Positions 57,601 to 62,853 of a stretch of DNA of 62,853 nt are shown here, piece by piece. Location: positions 1 through 62,853 of the forward strand of contig CAZERT010000001.1 of assembly GCA_964515515.1 (NCBI GenBank), written 5' to 3'. Under the pieces are notes generated by a model. The model was not told the DNA's origin. It saw only the letters and a program-made list of their open reading frames with translations, and made no database searches. Within the stretch, counting starts at the first letter, position 1; each line of letters begins with the position of its first letter. The position numbers and the translations under genes were made by a program. The stretch comes from an uncultured Gammaproteobacteria bacterium. GTDB lineage: Bacteria; Patescibacteriota; Microgenomatia; UBA10105; UBA927.

Positions 57601-57676
57601 AAGTACATTCGAACCGACCCCAGGACGATACTGTGATTTTTGTGAATTTCGGATGATTTGTGATGCATGGAAGTAG
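54647..57676 (+). CDS. UvrD-family helicase fused to a PD-(D/E)XK nuclease with a Cas4/AddB-type Cys4 cluster
   Basis: The helicase motifs are AGAGTGKT, VDEYQDTN and VHSAKGLEF. The nuclease motifs are IDRVD...EIIDYKTG, with the Cys pattern C-x(n)-CDFCEFRMIC. The start is uncertain: the ATG at 54647 overlaps the divergent gene, and the GTG at 54701 is an alternative. Confidence 0.85.
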   Translation: MASCDSGQYSISGYNFRIVVPVPPQKRILNTEQRQAVRFGKGPLLIIAGAGTGKTTVITERIAYLIEKKKARPEEILALTFTQKASREMEERVDLLVPYGATQMWILTFHGFCDRVLKAEALILGLNPGYTLVTESESIQLVQNHIFQFPLSTLRPLGNPTKFVEGMITHFSRLKDEDISQAQYETWAKKQVKNASTPEECEQAEQYLELAHAMKTYEEIKLKENVLDFSDLVEKTLCLLRNHPSVLAKYQRQFKYVLVDEYQDTNFAQNELAMLLARPENNLNVCGDDDQSIYKWRGAAISNIIQFRTQFPKAKIVVLTKNYRSVQSVLDSSYRLIQHNNPDRLEVAENIDKRLECMRRIRGEPIRYVYEDRVEDEAEEVAKTILALTRGELGTYEPKDIAILVRANSHAEPFVRSMLRRGVPYQFLGPGQLFKQPEVKDLIAYLLFLSDVSDSISLYRIMTMEQFTIPSRDIALLLSWSKRSGKSLYETVESAVHAYVHTPKQTQIEKEDHDGQRIEENGLSLDGNESLQRLFTLISGHLAKIRTDTAGQILYDFLVESGLMKSFTSVSTKKEQSQADNIAKFFDKIKSYEATHSEAGVFAVSEWIQLAMNLGESPTASDMDWTANNAVNILTVHSAKGLEFPVVFVVNLVSARFPTTQKREQLPIPDALIRELLPVGDAHLEEERRLMYVAMTRARDRLYLTAANYYGEGKREKKLSPFLAEALGDEIHNTPAHPREQDPQLRLLDFAKPKEADVISEEKKRSITYISYSQFETFHTCPLQYKYRYIMRVPVMQTPALLFGDTIHRTIRLFYEDFRVKKPVSKELLLEYYGQQFPSGKYRHRAYEQSLFDHGKELLEGYYEKTFDPTVHVLALEQPFKIHMKQSLFMGGKIDRVDQLPDGTIEIIDYKTGTAPKRRDATSDFQLSVYTLAASDPSLYGKNANDIRVSLYFFEGQQKVTATRTKEQADEVKEEVKKIAESIEKSTFEPTPGRYCDFCEFRMICDAWK

Positions 57677-57728
57677 GCTTGACAACGGAAGGGAAAACAG
57701 AAACACTGGTATACAGAGGAGATTTCCT

Positions 57729-58535
57729 ATGAAAATCCATAACAGCGCACATTCCCCACTCAAAGTTGGCTTTTTGATTCCTGGAATAGTTGCGGGAGTT
57801 CTTGTGATGGGGGTGATGGTGTATTCGGTTTTAGGCGGAGGAATGGATGTTCGATCAAAAGCCTCAGATAAGATGAGAGTGCATCATTCGTGGCAATTTA
57901 GATCAGGAGAACAAAAATGGACAGGATCTTCGGGTGTTTCCTTGTCGGCACAGAAAGGGCTTTTGGAAATCAAGGAAACCAATGCCACACAATCGCGCTA
58001 TATCCAGCAAAAAGGGTTAAATATTCCAACCACAGGAAACATGGTCTATGTGCGTATGAGAGTGGGAGTGACGGATGAGAATCCCAGTAATTCACAAAGC
58101 AGTAGGAAACAAAACACGCATCTTTCATTTCGGGCAGAGACACAATGGAGAGGGTATGAAAATAGCAGCAAGGGAACGGATGTCTTGGTGGGAATAAATC
58201 AAGGTATCAAGGAATATTTGCTTCCCGTTCAATTACCGGTGAAAACACAAACCCAGACACAAACGCAGAATAAAAATCAAGGAGAAGAAGAGAAACAGAC
58301 GTTGCGTGTTGCGCAACAGCTTCGTATTACATGGGAACATACCGGTGAGTCGGTAGGCCATGCGTATAGGGTTGCCATGGAATCCATAGAACTTGTCAGT
58401 GTGCCCGTAGATAACGGTATGGGGAACGTGTCTCCAAAGCGAAAGAGCACAATAACTCCTCCTGCTGGTGTACCTCCTACAGGGAAACAGTATCTTGGAC
58501 CTCCAACAACACCGGGAATTAGAAAAAATAATTAA
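57729..58535 (+). CDS. Membrane-anchored hypothetical protein
   Basis: It has an N-terminal TM helix (VGFLIPGIVAGVLVMGVMVY) and a low-complexity KTQTQTQTQNKNQ tract. Confidence 0.5.
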   Translation: MKIHNSAHSPLKVGFLIPGIVAGVLVMGVMVYSVLGGGMDVRSKASDKMRVHHSWQFRSGEQKWTGSSGVSLSAQKGLLEIKETNATQSRYIQQKGLNIPTTGNMVYVRMRVGVTDENPSNSQSSRKQNTHLSFRAETQWRGYENSSKGTDVLVGINQGIKEYLLPVQLPVKTQTQTQTQNKNQGEEEKQTLRVAQQLRITWEHTGESVGHAYRVAMESIELVSVPVDNGMGNVSPKRKSTITPPAGVPPTGKQYLGPPTTPGIRKNN

Positions 58536-59388
58536 CGGCACGGGGTTTTTGAAGTGATGTCCGTATTGGATAGTAGAATGCTGTCCCACCGAAGCCTTCC
58601 TTGAATTTGGTAAATCCTTTCCAGGAGGTATTGATGTTTGGTGTCCGTTCATCCCAAACACCAAGAAAATCAAACCAATGTGCGCCGTGTTGTTTGGAAA
58701 GCCTGAGAGCCTCCCACACAAGAAGGGTCGGTGCAAACTGGTGTTTTCCTTGTTTTGTTGCACCGGCGATCCAATAGTAAGACACATTGTCCCACAAAAG
58801 TAGCAATATTCCGGCAAGAGGACGCTTTGTGCCTTTTTCGTAGGCCAGAAGAGTAAATGCTTTTTTTTCCTTTACGAATTCTTCCCAGACAATATCTGCG
58901 CCGTAGGTGGTGATTGATCCAAAGAGTCCCGCTCCTTTTGCTTTTATGGACATAAGTCCTGCGATGTTGGGAGTTGCATCAATAATAATATTGTTTTTTT
59001 GTGCTTTTCTGACTGCCCTACGTTTTGCTTCCGTCAGGCGGGAAAAGATGGTTTGTTCATTGTTTTTAAGTGGAATCCGGATTGTTTTTGTTGCCATAAA
59101 CGGTTCGCGGTAGAGTTTAAAAAACTTCGATACTGATGTAAGCCATACGGAATACGTATCCTGGGAAACCGTAAGCGACGGCTCTGCCGCAATGGTTGTG
59201 GCGCCATGCAAGGCAAGAAAGGGGATAAGCTTGGGGATAAAGGGAGGAGTATCAAAGCGTTGGATTTTTGCAAGTGTTCCGACAAACGGGATTTTTCTGA
59301 TAAAAATGGTCGTCTGGTCAATGGATTCTGTTTTCCATCCAAGGCGTCGTATATAGGAAACATACGGAGGCGATTGTTGCAGTTCCAT
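58519..59388 (-). CDS. FemAB-family peptidoglycan bridge aminoacyltransferase
   Basis: The C-terminal motif is WKGFTKFKEGFGG. The start was trimmed to MELQQSPPY, 4 nt after the upstream stop. Confidence 0.8.
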   Translation of the reverse strand: MELQQSPPYVSYIRRLGWKTESIDQTTIFIRKIPFVGTLAKIQRFDTPPFIPKLIPFLALHGATTIAAEPSLTVSQDTYSVWLTSVSKFFKLYREPFMATKTIRIPLKNNEQTIFSRLTEAKRRAVRKAQKNNIIIDATPNIAGLMSIKAKGAGLFGSITTYGADIVWEEFVKEKKAFTLLAYEKGTKRPLAGILLLLWDNVSYYWIAGATKQGKHQFAPTLLVWEALRLSKQHGAHWFDFLGVWDERTPNINTSWKGFTKFKEGFGGTAFYYPIRTSLQKPRAVNYFF

Positions 59389-59392
59389 AGGA

Positions 59393-60403
59393 TTACCGGA
59401 TTTTTCCAAGGATCCACCAGCGGATGGTATCCGCATAGGTATAGAGGCGGTAGAGTGTTTTTTTAAGGACAAAATCATAGGAAAACGTAGAATGGACAAG
59501 CGAGGGAGCAAAGCCTTCCTTAAACCGATGGAACCCATACCACGGATCGTTTGTATCCGGGTTCGGGCCGAGTGCGCCCCACAGATCAAATTCCGTTTTT
59601 TTCTGAAATTTTCCCCATTTGGCAATTTCCCACAATAAGAGAGTCGGCGCCATAACTTCCCGATGGTTTCGTGAGGAAGAGCCGTATGGGTAGTAGATTC
59701 GGTTTTTCCAGGAAAATATAATCCAGGATGCAAGGGTTTCATTTTGAAACCGTGCTTCCCAAAGTGATGCAACTCCGTTTTTATTCATGATTTCCCACAT
59801 GGTTTTCTTGTAGGCATCGTTATGGGCAAAAAATCCCTGCCGTTTAGTTGTTTCCTTTTCAAGTTCCAGAAAGCGTCCAAACGCTTTGTCTGAATTATCC
59901 TGGATAATTTCCACATGGTGTTTTTGTGCAACTCTTATGTTATAGCGGGTTTTAGGATGCATAGCGGCAAGGAGGTTGGATTCTTCTTTCGTAAGATCAA
60001 GAAGGAACGTATAGGGAGTAAACAGCGGATGGTGGGCCGGGATGAACTCCGGCGGGGGAACCGGGGTATGCATGCCATCGGTTTCCGGTTCAAACTGGAC
60101 ATGAATGACGCGGTGGGGAACAAGAAAGTCCTGCATGAGGGGAAGAAGATCCCGCTCCGGCATGGGGCATTTGCCGCAATATCCAATCGTCCATGGGGTA
60201 TGGGGAACGGGATGAAGTGTTATTAAAAATACTTGTTTGGGAGCAGTATTCTTGTATGCAATAAGGCGCAGAATAGAAAGTCCCATGGATGCTCGAAATT
60301 CTCCCCATGCCCAACCTTGGATAGGGTGTGTTGCAAGGGAGTCCCAAAGAGCACGGTCCGTGGGTTTGGCAACCTGAAGTGACCAGACATTTTTCCTGTT
60401 CAT
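59393..60403 (-). CDS. FemAB-family peptidoglycan bridge aminoacyltransferase, tandem paralog
   Basis: The N-terminus contains QGWAWGEFR and the C-terminus contains WYGFHRFKEGFAP. Confidence 0.8.
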   Translation of the reverse strand: MNRKNVWSLQVAKPTDRALWDSLATHPIQGWAWGEFRASMGLSILRLIAYKNTAPKQVFLITLHPVPHTPWTIGYCGKCPMPERDLLPLMQDFLVPHRVIHVQFEPETDGMHTPVPPPEFIPAHHPLFTPYTFLLDLTKEESNLLAAMHPKTRYNIRVAQKHHVEIIQDNSDKAFGRFLELEKETTKRQGFFAHNDAYKKTMWEIMNKNGVASLWEARFQNETLASWIIFSWKNRIYYPYGSSSRNHREVMAPTLLLWEIAKWGKFQKKTEFDLWGALGPNPDTNDPWYGFHRFKEGFAPSLVHSTFSYDFVLKKTLYRLYTYADTIRWWILGKIR

Positions 60404-60537
60404 ACCGTCTCGATTATGGCACCAACAGGAGGTGTGTTACAATGGGATTGTATGGGATCTGCTCGGGTAAAACGGCCAATACGGAAAAAGAAATCGGCAT
60501 ATATTTCTCCTGTCGATACAAGCATTTTCCCGTCCAT
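60400..60537 (-). CDS. Candidate 45-aa ORF translationally coupled to femAB (hypothetical)
   Basis: The SD aaaaggag lies 3 nt before the ATG at 60537, and the stop TGA overlaps the femAB ATG (ATGA). The ORF is below the track's length cut-off and has no recognised homology. Confidence 0.3.
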   Translation of the reverse strand: MDGKMLVSTGEIYADFFFRIGRFTRADPIQSHCNTPPVGAIIETV

Positions 60538-60653
60538 TATCTCCTTTTCTTCAGTGCGGGGTATATCACGGGTATTTTTGGGGTTTGAAATGCTTCTTGC
60601 GGCCTGTGTTGTTATCGGAACATTTTGTCTCGTCGTTCTTCACTGTCTGGGCG

Positions 60654-62498
60654 CTAAATAAGCAGATCCTCGCTATAAAATCCACGGGAAGGCGCAATGG
60701 AAACGCGCCGATGCAGGATGGATTCCGGAATATCTGCCATAAAGCGCGATATCGTTCCGGTAATCCGTGACCCGAAGTATAGGCGTTGCCTGGCATATGT
60801 AAACGTCAAACGGTTTTTTGCCCTGGTGATTCCTACATAACAAAGCCGTCGTTCCTCTTCCAATTCCTCCCGTTCCATAAGTGCCCTGCTATGGGGAAAT
60901 AATCCCTCTTCCATACCAATAATAAACACATCGGAAAATTCAAGTCCTTTTGCACTATGAAGCGTCATGAGTGTCACGGCATTGCCGGGTTTTTGGGAAG
61001 TCTTTCCTGGCTTGGTTTCCTTCTCCAGAAGCGCTACCGTTTCCAGAAATTCAATAAGACTTGGGTATTGCATGGCAACGGAGCGCAGCTCTTTGATGTT
61101 TTCTAACCGGTAGCTTTCCTCTTCATTTCGTGGGTCATAGAGATCTGTGTATCGGGTGGCATCCAATATCCGATCCAGAATTTCCAGTGTAGTAAGGGCG
61201 ATAAGCGATTCGTCGGTATGGATTTTTTCCTGAAGTTCCAGAAAGCGGGTAAGACGTCCTTTCCCGATTTTTTCCGCGCGTACACGAGATACGGAATCAT
61301 GTGGGTGAAGGATAAGGCGAAGATAGGCAATGACGTCTTTTATTTCCTTACGTTCATAAAACTTCGTACCCCCAACTAATTGGTAGGGGATTGCCGCTTT
61401 TACCATTGCCTCCTCGATGGCGCGGGATTGGGCATTTGTCCGATACAATACAGCAAAGTCGCTGTAAGGTTGTCCGCTTTGCAGGATTGAAGTGATGATA
61501 AATCCCGCTTCGTCTTTTTCATTTTGTGCCTCGTAGAGTTCGATAGCAGTTTCTGATGATTTTTCCGTCCATAACTTAAGAATTGGATGACTTCTGTTTT
61601 TAGAAATAACGGCATATGCGCCATCCAGAATTGTTTGTGTAGAGCGGTAATTGCGTTCCAGGTGGAATTCCTTGGCGTGAGGGAAATCGGTTTTAAAATT
61701 GACGATATTGGTAAAATCCGCGCCACGGAACCGATAAATACTTTGTGATGCATCACCCACAACAGTGATATTTTTGTACCGGCCAGACAAAAGCTTCGTG
61801 AGTGAATACTGCGCATGGTTGGTATCCTGGTATTCATCAACAAGGATGTAATGGAATTGTTCCTGATATTTTACAAGAGTGGTTTTATCTTGCATAAACA
61901 GTTTTACGGTTTCCATGATTAGGTCATCAAAGTCCAAGGCGGTATTTTTCCGCAGCGTCTGTTGGTAGGAAATATATATCTTTGCTACCGTTTCCTGAAA
62001 ATAACCGCGGGCGTACTGGGGATATTCCAATGGTCCAATAAGTTCGTTTTTTGCCTCCGAAATGGTCTTGAGAATTGCGTTTGGATGAAAGTTTTTCGTG
62101 GAGATATCCATCTCTTTCATGATTGTTTTGATCGCATCGAGCTGGTCATCAGTATCATAGATAATAAAATCGTTGCCGATTCCACCACGGGGTCCGTCTA
62201 GGCGCAGGATCCGTGCGCAGATGGAATGGAATGTTCCGGCCATGGGCAATTGTGACGGGGAAACCCCCAACAGCTCGGTGATGCGTTTTTTCATTTCCCC
62301 TGCCGCCTTATTGGTAAACGTCACCATAAGGATTTGTGTGGGGTCAACGGATTTTTCTCGGATGAGGTAAGCCACTTTATGGGTAAGGACACGTGTTTTT
62401 CCCGATCCGGCACCGGCAAGAATAAGAGATGGACCCTCGGTATAGCATACTGCGTCCTGCTGGTGGGTATTGAGAGATGAAAGAATAGGTGATTGCAT
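60654..62498 (-). CDS. pcrA: ATP-dependent DNA helicase PcrA/UvrD (short form)
   Basis: LNTHQQDAV, AGAGSGKT, VDEYQDTN, TLHSAKGLEF, YVGITRA. Confidence 0.9.
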   Translation of the reverse strand: MQSPILSSLNTHQQDAVCYTEGPSLILAGAGSGKTRVLTHKVAYLIREKSVDPTQILMVTFTNKAAGEMKKRITELLGVSPSQLPMAGTFHSICARILRLDGPRGGIGNDFIIYDTDDQLDAIKTIMKEMDISTKNFHPNAILKTISEAKNELIGPLEYPQYARGYFQETVAKIYISYQQTLRKNTALDFDDLIMETVKLFMQDKTTLVKYQEQFHYILVDEYQDTNHAQYSLTKLLSGRYKNITVVGDASQSIYRFRGADFTNIVNFKTDFPHAKEFHLERNYRSTQTILDGAYAVISKNRSHPILKLWTEKSSETAIELYEAQNEKDEAGFIITSILQSGQPYSDFAVLYRTNAQSRAIEEAMVKAAIPYQLVGGTKFYERKEIKDVIAYLRLILHPHDSVSRVRAEKIGKGRLTRFLELQEKIHTDESLIALTTLEILDRILDATRYTDLYDPRNEEESYRLENIKELRSVAMQYPSLIEFLETVALLEKETKPGKTSQKPGNAVTLMTLHSAKGLEFSDVFIIGMEEGLFPHSRALMEREELEEERRLCYVGITRAKNRLTFTYARQRLYFGSRITGTISRFMADIPESILHRRVSIAPSRGFYSEDLLI

Positions 62499-62567
62499 GG
62501 CTCGTCTATGGTATCACGGGATAATCCTTGAAAGCAGAGAGAAAAAATCATCTGGTATGATACCTAT

Positions 62568-62853
62568 ATGGCAAAGCGGATAGGTGTAGTGTGTGCCGGT
62601 ATTTTTTTGGTATTTGTTGCAAGCTTGGTAGGTGTGGTTGCAAATGGTGTGATATTTTTACGTGGCCTGGGTATTACCCCGGGGGAAATAGTGCAGGCGG
62701 TACGAAGTCCTGATTCCGGACTTGTTTCTACCGACTCGCGAACAAATATTTTACTGTTGGGAATTGCAGGTGGCAGTCACGAGGGGAATGTATTAACGGA
62801 CAGCATTACCGTTTTATCGCTTGGAAAAACGGCAAGCGAATCTGCTCTTTTAT
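62568..62853 (+). CDS. LytR-CpsA-Psr (LCP) family protein, N-terminal fragment (3' end outside window)
   Basis: It has an N-terminal TM helix, then TNILLLGIAGGSHEGNVLTDSITVLSL, a typical LCP start. The frame is open to the window end. Confidence 0.75.
   Translation, partial: MAKRIGVVCAGIFLVFVASLVGVVANGVIFLRGLGITPGEIVQAVRSPDSGLVSTDSRTNILLLGIAGGSHEGNVLTDSITVLSLGKTASESALL

Noticed and set aside
58245-58275. An acacaaaccc/agacacaaac repeat encoding KTQTQTQTQ.
   Set aside because: It is a short imperfect coding microsatellite-like tract inside a hypothetical protein. It could vary in length, but there is no evidence of phase-variation logic, since unit changes would stay in frame.

Overview
This is a dense, almost fully coding chromosomal segment. 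Its gene content suggests a reduced-genome Patescibacteria/CPR (Microgenomates-like) bacterium; that assignment is an inference from gene content only. The standard genetic code fits, since long ORFs are intact and UGA acts as a stop. I support about 60 CDS, one tRNA (Ile, anticodon UAU), one cobalamin riboswitch, one unclassified terminator/antiterminator leader, a few promoters, operators and terminators, and no rRNA, CRISPR, transposase or integrase. ORF-track starts were trimmed to the first start codon that fits the neighbouring genes and the recognisable N-terminus. The track also opens ORFs at GTG, for example at 12556, 16825, 19497 and 21176. Themes: (1) Peptidoglycan and envelope genes: two tandem class A PBPs, UppP, VanW, two tandem FemAB genes, an SLT-like lysozyme, an LCP protein, and a six-gene polyprenyl-phosphate glycosylation operon (UbiA DPPR-synthase-like, GT4 WecA/MraY-like, GT-C, GT2) plus a GT87. 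(2) A B12 economy: an nrdR-nrdJ operon with candidate NrdR boxes, a PduO adenosyltransferase, and a cobalamin riboswitch in front of a DUF4430 protein and an S-component-like membrane protein. (3) Nucleotide salvage: a PRTase, a CMP-kinase-like protein, an HD protein, and a HAD / nucleoside hydrolase / PRTase-like operon behind a riboswitch-like leader. (4) Housekeeping genes: groESL with a CIRCE-like operator, metG, dtd, tsaD, idi, tatD, rmuC, pcrA and a UvrD-nuclease fusion. (5) Redox genes: SOD, Bcp, GapN and a ferredoxin. The most unusual items are four. The riboswitch-headed four-gene array ends in a membrane-anchored TraD/VirD4-like ATPase. The nucleoside-salvage operon has an unclassified leader RNA. 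tRNA-Ile carries a UAU anticodon. The envelope operon follows an arabinan-like glycosylation logic. I see no self-evident complete novel system; the candidates are hypotheses that need searches I cannot run here.
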